64,000 bases of DNA from Anthoceros angustus (taxonomy: Eukaryota; Plantae; Anthocerotophyta): assembly GCA_010909165.1 (NCBI GenBank), contig MU008193.1, forward strand, positions 482,376-546,375, written 5' to 3'. The position numbers and the translations under genes are program-made. The stretch's first letter is position 1. Each line of letters starts with the position of its first letter. Under the pieces are notes generated by a model, which was not told the origin of the DNA, searched no databases, and saw nothing but the letters and a program-made list of their open reading frames with translations. Below are positions 13,501-26,200 of the stretch, one piece after another.

Positions 13501-15973
13501 CCTTCGCCCTCCTTACGCCTCTTGACCTCTTGCCACTCGTGGGCGGGGTAAGTCTCGGCACCTCGAGGTCTTTGCGTTGGTAAGCGGCACCGTCTTCGCC
13601 TCTTGCTCCGTTGAGTTCGTCGGGGCTCGGCCGTCGTGGTTGTTGCTGCATTCTGTGGTCTCGGCCGCCTCCTCATCGCTCCCTCATGTTTGCTCGGAGG
13701 GCACCAAAAGGAGGAAGGGAATCGCCTCCCAAACTTCCACAGGTGGTGAGGGGTTCGCTCAGGGCGTATGGAGTCAGGAATCCTCGATCGTCCTCCTCCG
13801 AGTCGCTTGGTCTTGAAGGGCGACCCCCACCTCAGGCGCCCTTGCACGCTCTACAGCGGGGCCTCCGGCCCTTGGGTTCAAGCTCTCCTCCTTGAGCTCG
13901 AAATGTCCCCATACATGGGGTGTGTCGGCCGATGGCGAGGCTTCTCGCTCCTTAGCTTGCGTGCCTCGGCAGGCGAAGATAATCCTTCCCAGTCGCTCTC
14001 TTCCCTGGGCGCATGCGAGAATACCAGGTTATCACCAAGGTGATCCACCTTGGTGGCGAGTTCAATGGACAATGATCCGGGCTACCGCCCTTACTCGGCC
14101 CGGCGGATCGGATATCAACCATCCGTTGGTTGTCGCTGCGTTCGAGCCTCGGCATCGCGGTGGGCGGCCCTATCTTCCCCGCCTTAAGGGGCTCGGCACC
14201 ACGCCCCTTCTTCCTCCTTGGGCGGTTGTAGGCCATCCTCGGGACCTCAAGGTCCATCGCCTCGGGTCCTCCGGAGGTTCTTGGATCGGACCTCCTTGTT
14301 GATCGCCTTGACATCTTCGGGCAAACTCCGGACTAGGTAGGTTGTCAAAGGTCAGACCATTTGGAACACGTCCGGATGCCACTCCTGCACCAATTCCCTG
14401 CTTCCTCCGGCCGGGGCCCGAAGTCCGGATAGCGCCGGGTCACAATGTTGCGCTCCACGGTCCATGGCTCCCAGACTCCGGGCTTTTGGGTGCCATTGCT
14501 TTCTCCTCCTCTTGTTCTTCTGGCTGGCGAGTCGGCACGATGTTCCTCCGCGTTCTGCTCCAACCTTGATGTGCGCTCTATGGCGCCCAAAAGATAGCCG
14601 AGCCGGATTGCGGGCGCAAGGGCTGAGGTGCGGAGACCTCCCTCCTTGGCGCTTGTGGAAAGCTGGGCGGAAGGCGCCCTTGCACGCTCTACTTACAGGG
14701 GCCTCCGGCCCTTGGGCGCCCGTTCAAGCTCTCCCTCCTTGAGCTCGAAATGTCCCCATACATGAATCGGTGTGGGGTCATTGATGGCGAGGCTTCTCGC
14801 TCCTTAGCTTGCGTGCCTCTGGCCCAGGCAGGCGAAGATAATCCTTCCCAGTCGCTCTCTTCCCAGCTGGGCGCGAGAATACCAGCAGGTTATCACCAAG
14901 GTGATCCACCTTGGTGGCGAGTTCAATGGACAATGATCCGGGCTACCGCCCCTTTGTCCGGATCGGATATCAACCATCCGTTGGTTGTCGCTGCGTTCGA
15001 GCCTCGGCATCGCGTGGGCGGCCCTATCTTCGCCTTAAGGGGCTCGGCACCACGCCCCTTCTTCCTCCTTGGGCGGTTGTAGGCCATCCTCGGGACCTCA
15101 AGGTCCATCGCCTCGGGTCCTCCGGAGGTTCTTGGATCGGACCTCCTTGTTGATCGCGCCCGGCATCTTCGGGCAAACTCCGGACTAAGCACAAGGTCGA
15201 GACCATTTGGAACACGTCCGGATGCCACTCCTGCACCAATTCCCTGCTTCCTCCGGCCGGGGCCCGAAGTCCGGATAGCCGGGTCACAATGTTGCGCTCC
15301 ACGGTCCATGGCTCCCAGACTTCGTCGGCTTTTGGGTGCCATTGCTTTCTCCTCCTCTTGTTCTGTACTGGCGAGTCGGCGATGTTCCTCCGCGTTGTTG
15401 CTCCAACCTTGTGGTCGCGCTCTAAAGTGGCGCCCAAAAGATGGCGAGGCGGATTGCGGGCGCAAGGGCTGTGAGATTATGCGGAGGCTGCGGTAAATGA
15501 CCTCCCTCCTTGGCGCTTGTGGAAGTAAGCTGCGGCGGAAGGCGCCTCTTCGTTGTCCGTAGCGCGAGTGCATGGCTTACTCGACCCTACGCTTGGCTTA
15601 CTCTCGGCCTTACGCGCCCGCGCGGCGTGAATACTGCCTGCGGCCTGCAGCAAGTTACGGTCTGACCTCTGCATGCCCGACCTCCACTCGGGTCACGTGG
15701 CGCCGCCTCGTCCTCACGCCTCGCTCCTAGGTTACTTTCCTGGCGTACTTATCCTATTTTGACACAGGTGGGTTCCGGACTTATCCGTTACTCGGCGTAG
15801 TCCGGAGCTTGCCATAGTGGTGGGGTCCGTTGTTCACTCAGTCGGAGTATACTCGAGCCTCGTCGGCGCTACCCCAATTTATTCCTCCTTTTCCGCCTTA
15901 TTTATCCTTCAATCCTAAAAAAAACAGAAACCCTACTTATTTCTTAGCTCCCCAGGGAAGTGCATAGCCCACA
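7591..15973 (-). repeat. 5' LTR of the gypsy element, about 8.4 kb, internally repetitive
   Basis: Bounded by TGTGG (7591) and CCACA (15973), with the PBS adjacent. Its right part repeats at 1-2070, and its left part is homologous to the solo LTR at 42551-47251. Confidence 0.72.
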
Positions 15974-16185
15974 CCTGTACTGTCTCAGGCTGGAGATGTG
16001 AATGGGATAGGCATAAATTTGGTGAGGCTGCTGTGAGGGGGATGTCATGGTATAGACTGACAAGAGGCTTTGTAGATAATAAAGCTGTTGGCTGTGGAGC
16101 TAGGATGGCATGATCAATGATGCCAAGGGTTCATGGCATGTGTACGTGCATGTGACCGATGTATGTCATGTGGCATGTGGATGGA

Positions 16186-16788
16186 TGTAATACCAAAAGT
16201 AACACCCCCTTTCTAGCGAGGTGGGGCAGGCACGCAGTTAGAAGCAACAACTCCACAAGACACCAGCACTAGGCCTCCAACTAGCTTGCCATCCTTCCAT
16301 GGGATGACTTGTAGTCAGTACCTCCACTGCTGCTCTTCACTTCAGTAAGAGTCAACAAGAATACATAAGAGATCATAGAGAGCTCCCCATCTTTGCCTAA
16401 GCTAGGTAAATAGCTCTTTCCTCTCGGTCTCCTCCTCATAGCTCTCCTCTAGACACACTTACACTCTAGGCTCCCACGACCTATCCTCCTAAGAATGCGG
16501 CCCCAATGCTAGGATCAATACCAGTATGTGTCCTCTAGAGCTTGCCTCATCTCTACAAGGGAGACTTACATTATTTCTAAGTAACTGCCTACAACACATT
16601 ACCTTTCTTAAGCTCTAAACTAAACCTCACTCCTAGTAACCACATAACTTATTAAACTAGATCGAGGGCTGCATGCATCTCATGCATGGCTCCTTATTAA
16701 AAGTATACTATTTATAACTTGAAAAGTAAATAATAATCATTAGTTTTATATAAATATGGATAATAGTTTGTATAATAGTATTCTAACA
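16186..16788. mobile_element. Possible copia-type LTR remnant
   Basis: TGTAATAC...TTCTAACA termini and an AT-rich end. No matching TSD or PBS found. Confidence 0.3.
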
Positions 16789-16950
16789 TCTGCGGATTTC
16801 CAAAGTTCTGGTTTGTTTTAACATCAAAGTGGGACTAGGTAGGTAAGGGCGGGCTAACTTATTTTGCAAGAGTGCCCATCAACGTGAACTTGTCGGTTGG
16901 TCAAGTGAGTGGTTTTGCATAGGGTTAACCCGTTCCTTGTTGACCGTGAA

Positions 16951-19357
16951 ATGGCAGCACGGGCGATGCAGCTGTGCATTTCTTGCGATGTAGGTCGTCT
17001 GCTGACCGGGAAAGCATCATCCGTAGTGCAGGCTTCATCTATCCTGCAAGGAGGTGCAGATCAGAGAATGGCTGAACGGAAGGGTCTAAGAGAGGTTCAA
17101 AGGCTTGTTATAGCTCAGCCCGATGACTGGCATCTGCATCTCCGCGATGGAGAAGCTCTTGCTTCGGTTGCATCCCACAGGTCTGTGTGTTGCGAACAAT
17201 TTTAGCCTGCGCTATGTGGGAGGAGAGGATTCAATTCCCATGTTACGCTCTTCTGCGCAGTGCTAGCGTCTTCAAACGGGCCATCATCATGCCAAACTTG
17301 AAACCTCCTGTGACTACAGTAGCTGCTGCCAAGGCTTACAGGGAGCGCATTCTAGCGGTCCTGCCACCTGATTGTGGTTTCGAGCCTTTGATGACTTTGT
17401 ATCTAACGGACAACACGACACGAGAGGAGATCAAAATCGCAAGTTAGTGCCGGTGCTCTGCTCTGCTCGGGTTGGGTTTTTTGGCCATGAAAATTCCTCA
17501 CAGTTTGATGACCGGTTGCTTTCTGCTGTAGCTGACTGTACGCAGGTTAACTAATTTTTGTGCAGTTCTTTGTCTGAGTAGAGGAGAGTGGGGTGGTTTT
17601 TGCGGTGAAGCTGTATCCAGCTGGGGCCACCACCAATTCCCAAGCAGGTGTAACCAACCTGTTTGCCAATTGTGTTCCTGTGCTGGAGGAAATGGAAGAA
17701 CAAGGATTTCCTCTGCTGGTAAGCATTGCTTGAAAGCATCACAGGATTTTCTTGCATGATGGTCTTAGATGCTGATGATGCTGTGATATCAGGTGCACGG
17801 GGAAGTTGCTGATCAAAGTGTGGACATTTTTGATCGAGAGCGAATATTCATTGAAAGGATATTGTCACCTCTGGTTGACAAGCTGCCACGGCTTAAGGTC
17901 GTTATGGAGCACATTACGACCAAGGATGCGGTGGGATTTATTGAATCAAGACCAAACGGTATGTAATTATGGGCAATCCTGAAGTCATAGCATCTGTCGT
18001 CCCTGCGCAACGCTGAAAACCAGCAGATCACATCTAAGAGGTTGAGCCTGGATGACGTGTTCCAATGCAGGGCTTATTGCGGCCACGATTACACCTCAGC
18101 ATCTACTGCTGAACAGGAATGCCATATTTCAGGGTGGACTCCAACCACACAACTACTGCCTGCCAGTGCTGAAGCGAGAAACCCACAGTACACGTCTATA
18201 CCGAATATGAATTGTCCCCCTTGCTGTTTACAACCTGATCTAACAGAATTCGATCTTGCAGGACAAGCGTTGATGAAAGCTGTTTCATCTGGAAGCCCAA
18301 GGTACTTCCTAGGCACTGATAGTGCTCCTCATGAAAGGCACTCGAAGGAGTCGTCTTGTGGATGTGCCGGCATCTATAGTGCACCTGTTGCCATGTCGTT
18401 GTATGCACGAGCTTTTGAGCAGGTGCACAGGGAAGTTGCTGATCAAAGTGTGGACATTTTTGATCGAGAGCGAATATTCATTGAAAGGATATTGTCACCT
18501 CTGGTTGACAAGCTGCCACGGCTTAAGGTCGTTATGGAGCACATTACGACCAAGGATGCGGTGGGATTTATTGAATCAAGACCAAACGGTATGTAATTAT
18601 GGGCAATCCTGAAGTCATAGCATCTGTCGTCCCTGCGCAACGCTGAAAACCAGCAGATCACATCTAAGAGGTTGAGCCTGGATGACGTGTTCCAATGCAG
18701 GGCTTATTGCGGCCACGATTACACCTCAGCATCTACTGCTGAACAGGAATGCCATATTTCAGGGTGGACTCCAACCACACAACTACTGCCTGCCAGTGCT
18801 GAAGCGAGAAACCCACAGTACACGTCTATACCGAATATGAATTGTCCCCCTTGCTGTTTACAACCTGATCTAACAGAATTCGATCTTGCAGGACAAGCGT
18901 TGATGAAAGCTGTTTCATCTGGAAGCCCAAGGTACTTCCTAGGCACTGATAGTGCTCCTCATGAAAGGCACTCGAAGGAGTCGTCTTGTGGATGTGCCGG
19001 CATCTATAGTGCACCTGTTGCCATGTCGTTGTATGCACGAGCTTTTGAGCAGGTACGTACCATTCCCGTGTCTATTTATACAGCAATGCAATTGCTACAT
19101 GCACGCTTTACAAGCAAAATGTATCCAGGATGGGCTTGCGATAAGGGCGCATCTTCTCGTATTTGCAGGCTGGCGCTCTGGACAAGTTGCAAGCTTTTGC
19201 CAGCTTCAATGGCCCTGATTTTTATGGCCTTCCACGAAATGTAAGCTGTGTAACATTGTCGCGAGAGAGTTTTCAAGTGCCAAAAGAGTATAAGTTTGGC
19301 TCTGGCACTGTTGTACCAATGTGTGCTGGGGAGTGGCTAGAGTGGAGTGTACAGTAG
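16951..19357 (+). CDS. PYR4: Dihydroorotase (class II, organellar), multi-exon, with internal tandem duplication
   Basis: Motifs [49 protein letters not shown] and [10 protein letters not shown]. Exons at about 16951-17180, 17261-17442, 17582-17718, 17793-17958, 18071-18186, 18262-18422, then a duplicate block 18423-19052, then 19169-19357. Confidence 0.95.
17793..19052 (+). repeat. 630-bp tandem duplication (three exons plus two introns) inside dihydroorotase
   Basis: 17793-18422 equals 18423-19052. The only difference I saw is G17799 versus A18429. Confidence 0.95.
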
Positions 19358-19949
19358 GTTGGAAGGGCAACGTGCGGACCGATGAGATGTTTTTCGTTTG
19401 TGAATTGTGAAGTTCACGAAATAGTGGACGTTTACAGAATATACGCTGGTCTTGCAAGTAGGTAACTCAGAAAGTATTACAGGTACATTCCGGTAGGCAG
19501 TTACAAGATAGGCGACAACAGGGGTTAGTGCCCTCATAAGGCTTGTTCCTCCTTTTTTTTGGGTCGATGTGTTTCCCACCTCCTTTTCATAAAGTCTCCT
19601 GTTCCTTATAGGTACATTGAAGTGTGTGGAAGTTTTCTCAAGTTATAGGTTCCTACCAAATCGGAGAAAGATTTGTGGAACGGAAGTGAGTGTGCCGGAG
19701 AGAATGTAACTGACGTACTTCCACGTGTGAAAATAGCTCTTTGCTTCACAAGCCATCGAGCCATCCTGTTGCATCGATCAAGGTAATTGCATCAAGCCAG
19801 AGCCAGCCGCATCGAGCAAGATAATTGCATCCAGCAGGATAGTTGGAGTTGCCTGGTTTTCTTCATAATGGCCGAAGAATTGCATGATTCGGAGGAATCT
19901 TAGGTCCGCCGAATCATCTCATAGATGGGAGGAAATTTGGTTCTGGGGT

Positions 19950-20560
19950 CATTACAAATAGGAGGAAGGCCGAAGAACCAAGGTAGAGTGGGTGGCTGTC
20001 AGCACGCATGGTGTATAGTCTGGATGAGGGTGGAGTTGAGTGCAGAGTGTAGGCTGTGGGTTCCTGGACCCAGCCTTGCAGTCTACCATTGATGTTGATT
20101 GATGCTGGACAACGTTCTCCATTCGTCTACTTTCCAAATTGATTTCTTATTCTGCTTTAATTTCTGCTTGCATCGAGGCATTTCTTTCCCAGCCATCGAC
20201 GCTCCATATACCATTTCCACTTGTGTTAGTCTTCCACCTCCCCTTTCGAACCCAGCAGTCCAAGGTTAAGCGGTTGAGCGGCTTCCTCGTACCAGCCACA
20301 CCTAAAGTTGATCTAGGCTTCAACAGCGTTCGCTATTCCTCTACTTTTCACTTGATTCCCCATAACTGGTCACAAGTACAAAGATGTCGTCCTGACTCCC
20401 AGGCATTCCCCAGCCATCGACACTCCACCCATCCATCATCTCCGCTCCTGCTCAGTCTCCCATACCCCCTTTCCAGGATACAGTAACTTCTGAACACCCG
20501 TTACCCTGACACTCTGGAGCCTGTGCATCCCACCCGAGTGAGTCATCGTCCATCGTCCAG
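19950..20560 (-). mobile_element. Possible highly decayed LINE 3' fragment
   Basis: Stop-ridden minus-strand frame with Trp-rich, zf-RVT-like spacing (GECL...KWKW...RW...RN). The similarity is weak. Confidence 0.25.
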
Positions 20561-21318
20561 GGACACCTGAACCTGAAGTTTGAACGCATCCCTGCTTCCT
20601 GGTCACCCGTCACCCCCACACCCTCGTCCATGGAACCTACATCTGCTACTCAATAGAACCTACAACGGAAAAATTGGTCATACCCCGCAGGGCGAAAACT
20701 GGAAGCGCCTACATACTTATGAAAAATGAGAGTAGGTACCTATTAACTACCATTCTCAGCCCAACAATACATAGGTAGTTTATGTATGCAGGCTAGGGGT
20801 ACATATGCTGGGCTAGGGAATGGTGGTAGTAGCACCTCCGAAGTGCTTCATTTGTCACCTGCCACCATCCCCTCGCAACATCAGTTTCCACATGGAGACG
20901 ACTTACCAGTCCTGGCCATTATGCCCACAAGGGGTGCTGACCATGCATCATGTGTGTCCTACAATCACACGGTAGGCAGGGAAGGTGAAGGGAGAGTGGG
21001 GGCGGTCGACAACTCGAGGCTCGACACACAACATCGAGCCTGGTTGAATTGGAGCTATTAGGTACTCTAGGTACGTACGGTTTCCACACTCTGGTTCCGC
21101 TTCCCGCTTTAGGGCGCTGCTGCAGGTTTGATCTAGAGGATGAGCTGTTCGTGTTTGAACCTTGGCGCCAAGAGATCCCCGTAGACGTATCTACGCACAG
21201 TGGGTTGCCAGAAGATGGCTGGAAGTTCATTTGATGGGCTGTCAGCGGCAAAGATGTCGGGCACCGTGCTGACGCAGGCGGCAGGCCCGCTCTCCTACAG
21301 GGAATTGACTAGTGAGCC

Positions 21319-22677
21319 ATGGTGGTGGTGAAACCCGGCGTTCCATCACCCGCCTTGGAAGTGTTGGGGGCCGAGCCACCTCTTGCTGCGGGTGCGGGTA
21401 CGGGTTGGGAGATGCTGTCGTGTCAGTCCAAGCTTTCGGCCAAGCGGGTGGTGCAATCTTGCTGTTCTTCCTGGAGAAACCACCGCCTGGAAGACTGCTT
21501 GACAGAGCCCACGCGGCTGTTGGGCTCAGCAGCTGCAGCCTCCTCCAGCTCCGTTGCTAGCTGTAGGAGATCCCGTGATCTCGCCAAGTGCGGGCCTTGG
21601 AACGGAGCTTCACGAGCCGTCCGGCAGGGACGAGTCAGGTCTGTTATGGGCGGAGGTGGGGCATCGGAGGCATCTGGACGTGTGGAGGACGGGGCCTCGG
21701 CTATTGGGAGTGAGGCAGTATGGCCCAATGCCCAAGACGGTGATGCCGGGCCTCGTGGAGCAATCCATATCATTCTGGGGCCAATGTTTGCCGGCAAAAC
21801 CACTGCACTTCTGAGCAAGATGCAGAAGGAAATTGACGCCGGCAGGCACGTTTGCTTCTTTCCTCCGCATGTTAGTACGGGGGAGCTGCATTTACTGATA
21901 AGCTGTCGCTTGGGATATGCAGGTCTGTAGTTCTGGCAAAATCCGACAAGGATGCACGCTATGATGTGTCGGCAGTGGTTTCGCACGATGGTGCGCAATT
22001 ACCGTGCTATGCTGTGCCTGATCTTGAAAGCTTGAAGCTGCGTCTAGGGGAGGAGCAGTACAGCAAGGTTAGTCCCTATCCGATTTGTGCCCTGACCGTG
22101 CTATACCAATCTGCCTTGACCCTATGCTCATCCTTGAAGGCTCTCGGTGCAGCTGGAGGTGATCGGTATCGATGAAGCCCAATTTTTCCCCGACCTTCTC
22201 CCCTTCTGTCAGGCTGCTGCTGATGCCGGCAAGACCGTCGTGGTGGCTGGCTTGGATGGAGATTTCCAAAGGTACAAGTTTGGGTCAATTGTGCGCTTGT
22301 AGGATTGATGAGGGAATGGTACTGGGGTAGGGATTGATAAGCCTGTGGTGTGCTGCAGGCAACCATTTGGGAAGGTGTTGAACTTGATCACGCTAGCGGA
22401 CACAGTCACCAAGCTGGCTGCTCGATGCGAGCTGTGCGGCCAGCCTGCTTCCTTTTCTTTCAGAAAGATTGAGGGGACACAGAAGGTAATTATAGGAGGA
22501 GCAGAGGTATACATGCCTGTGTGCCGACGCCATTATGTCATCGGCCAAGTGGCTATGGAAGCTGCACGGTCTGTGCTCCACAGTCAGTCACAAGGTCATG
22601 ATCAGGAAGAATCTCAAGCAGAATCTCAGGTTGTGCTGGAGCCACAGCTTCAGCCACAGCCTGCAAAAGTTCCATGA
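21319..22677 (+). CDS. TK1: Thymidine kinase (TK1 family) with N-terminal transit-like extension, 4 exons
   Basis: [13 protein letters not shown]-loop, [32 protein letters not shown] and YMPVCRRHY zinc sites. Introns at 21846-21922 (GC-AG), about 22068-22152 and about 22272-22358. The start codon is uncertain. Confidence 0.95.
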
Positions 22678-23292
22678 CCCTCCACCTCCATTTCTTTTCT
22701 CCCCCAGAGGACAAACTATTCATAGTATCACCGACTAAGCCTGTGACCTGATTTGCAAATCCATCCAGATCCCGTGTTCCTTAACATGCAATAACTTTCA
22801 TGCAAGGCAGGTCCGGTTGCGGTCCTACTTTCATCACGAACAGGTTGGATATCCACATGTATAAGCTGTGATTTGTAGTGCATCTTAGAAGGACGGTCAC
22901 ATTTGCCAGCATTGCCCGGTGCTACATAATTACGAGCACATCTTCCATATTAATGCATCTCAGAAGATAAAAGAATGATTGTATACACGCAAAGGTTCTG
23001 ACGGTCCTCTGCGACATGATACAAGGCACCCACCCAGCCCTTTTCACAGAAGTCGAGGAACAAAGTGGAACATGCGTGCTTCAGACCCTGGAATAACATT
23101 CCATTGGATCAGACTACGGGTTTTTAATTCCCCGTCACTTGCCATCAGTTTTCATCACATCTTGACAACCACGGCCGACACAGTGACACACCTACTCGGG
23201 TTGACGCAAGAGAGCCGATGAAGACGATGCTGACATCAGAGAGAACCCCGTAGTCTGTTCCTAGAATTCGATTGTGGGGCATTCTCAACTCA

Positions 23293-26200
23293 TCAAAAAG
23301 ATACCTCCAACGACTCATCCCACACTTCTGCACTGCCATTTGACGCATCTTCCCCATCTTCCTCCATGGACAACCTTATATACTCTTGATGAGCAAATCG
23401 GTCCCACTCTGTCAAGGACGGATCTTCTCGTTCCTACAACCACCGACAGAAAAATGAAAAACTCTGCAGAAAGAGCCTCACAACATGGCTTCCAACAAAA
23501 GGGCCTGGCTTCACATAGACCAACCTGTCGGATGAGAAATGGATCCCTTGTCTCGAAGGCAACAAACTTGTTCAGGTTGAAAAGAATGTTAAAAAAATTG
23601 CCAGATAGCTTGCATCGTTTAAGGTCGCGCAAAGTCAGCAATCCTTCCTTCTGTACGAAAAGACAATTATGAGCTCAACTCGGGGGCAACACAAAAACTT
23701 GCGCAAACGTTAATGAGACAGCTCTGTCATCTAGTACCTCAGGCCCAATCATGTCCGTCATCTGACATACAATATCCTCAAACAGAACAGGCTCCTGTGC
23801 CATGCACTCCATTCGATGTAGCTGCTCCTCATAGAAATATTGCATTTCATTCGGTGTTACAATCCCATCACAGTCCAGGTCAATACACCTGAACCTGCAA
23901 GGATAACAAAAATACTCAACAAAAGATAATGGTTTGCAGATGCAGGCAACCGGTACAGAGAAAATGTCACCCAAAAGAACAATTGTTGCATTCGAGACAG
24001 CCTATCTGGAAGGCAAAGCATGAGCACACTTTACCAGTATTCAACACTAGGTTCAGATGACTTGTCTTCCTCAGACAGGATAAACCAAACAAAGTCCTCA
24101 TAGCCCATTTTGTCCTCTGCCTTACTGCTGAACTTTCTAGGTATCTGGAGGGACACAAAGCAAGGATTAATGATGGCCCTAAAGAGAACATACAAGAAAT
24201 CACATGAACTTCAAGCAGCCTATAAGAGCGGATGGATACTATACCTGTGAAAATATCCTCTCCACAATTCGGTAAGTGAGGGCATGATTCCCATATCGCA
24301 GGAGATCTTCTCTGTCTATTAAAAAGTCATGATCGGAATCCAACTCCCAGAATTTACAATATATTACATAAAAATGCTCATATGAGAAATATCTGCACCA
24401 CAACACCCGTCCACATATTAGAGTAGCAGAGCTTCTGAAGAGACATACATACAGATCACCTGTCTGACAACTCTGGACATGAATCGCCTCACCTCAGAAC
24501 TTTGTTGATGTCCTCTTCTTCATCAACTTGCTGCAGTGCGGCAATCAGATTGCTTCTCTTCAGTTCTCTGAGTAGAAGATGCCCATTCCCTGATCTATTT
24601 ACATGATAAAAGATCCTGTAAATTACAGTCTCCGCTATTCAACAAAAAGAAAATAATTATCAGCCACTTAAATGCAGACTACAAGTAATATTACTTACCG
24701 GGATTGACAATACAAGCTAATAGCAGCCCCTTTAATCAATACCAGAATCAAGCACACTAGCCAACTTAGCAAGACCTTAACTCAAAACACACATGAATGG
24801 AAAAGCCTTGTGTCCAGATGTGCAAACAACAATATTTAAAAAAAAACACAGGATCAAACAAGTCTCTGCCCGATTACCATATCTCTCTTGAAATTCAGGG
24901 GTATCATGTAGAAACTCCAAACCACGATGAGTGAGAAGAAGTTCCCTCAAGATTGGCTTAAAATCATCCTGTAAAATCACAACCAAGTTCCTCATTAATA
25001 TCCTAGCCATCTGATCGCCCTTCTACAAATGTCAAAGCAGAAAGGCATACCTGTGTCAGATAATTCTTTTCACGCTGTCGTAAAACGTTGAAGATCCTTG
25101 TGGGAGCACCTGCTGTTAACATGTTTTGCTCCAAAAGATACTCAATAAACTTCTCCCTACAGCATACAACCATAATTTGCTCATTTGGTGGCCAACAGCA
25201 AGCTTTCAAGAAATTAGTTTGGACAGACAAGAAAAATAACCGAGTGAATGAGGTTGGAATGACTCACTTCTTGACAACGCCAGTGTTATTTACATCAATC
25301 TTCCTGAAAAGACAGCTGAAGAAGAAAGATGGGAGTTTGCAGATCTCCCGCGTAAGAATCGCAAAGCCTGCATTTCAAGTAGTGAGGATGCTAGAGGTGC
25401 TAAGAATCATGCGATCAATACATCAGGCTAGCCCCAAACAAAAGTATCCCTTTCCACTGACGCAGAACAACAAAAATACCTGACATTGGCATGCCATCAG
25501 GATAGCTTGCAAATATTTGATTGATTCTGACCATGCATTGATCAGTGATCTCCCTAGATGCTGGAATACCTTTTGGAAAGTAGAACTGGAAAAAACACAG
25601 TCACCCCATTTCCTTCGAGGATGAGTTTTAGAAAGTCTACCAAATTGTGCCTCACCCAAACATTCTGAATAAAATGGCTTTTGAGCAGTTGCTAGCTTTT
25701 AAGCACGCACAGCAGCATAAGACATTTCAGATAGTACGGTGACAACAGAGAGCATGGCAGTGGCTGGCTAAATGAATACCTGGGGCACTATCTCCTGAAC
25801 TGGTTCGCTAGCTTTCTTCAATGGCGACCCCGATGTGATGGATCCTGGCCTTTTCATGGGTGACTTGGGAGACAGAGAGCCGGAAGTACTCCGGGGTGAC
25901 AATGGTGGTGTACTCCCGGCAGGAAAGATGGAGGACAACAGGACTGCAGGATTATTTGCAGTTCCGTTGCCTGCACTTCCTGGCACTGGGAGAGTCCTGC
26001 CTGCCTTAGCATCTTCAAGAAGCGACAGGACCTGTGTGTCAAACATCCGTGCCAAAGAACATTCAGATTCATTCAAAGGAGTAACATGGGAGACAGTGCA
26101 GGACGGAGGACCTTAAGCGCCCGGACGCAGAAGAAGTATGTTGTGGCACGACCTAGAGTAGTATAGCTAATACGCATTGAAGAGTATGAAGCGAAAGTTG

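Larger units (their letters stand above)
1..15973 (-). mobile_element. Ty3/gypsy LTR retrotransposon (non-chromovirus, Athila/Tat/Selgy-like), degenerate; left (3') LTR truncated by window edge
   Basis: 1-2070 is a direct repeat of about 13572-15973, and both end ...GTGCATAGCCCACA. Between the LTRs, minus-strand fragments run gag-PR-RT-RNaseH-INT. A PBS lies next to 7591 and a PPT next to 2070. Confidence 0.92.

Noticed and set aside
20919-21251. 110-aa minus-strand ORF divergent from TK
   Set aside because: It has no recognisable domain and no convincing spliced continuation.
16951-22677. Pyrimidine 'cluster' of adjacent dihydroorotase and thymidine kinase (plus the TK pseudogene and photolyase)
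   Set aside because: They belong to different pathways (de novo, salvage, repair), no shared regulatory signal was seen, and adjacency is plausible by chance in a compact genome.
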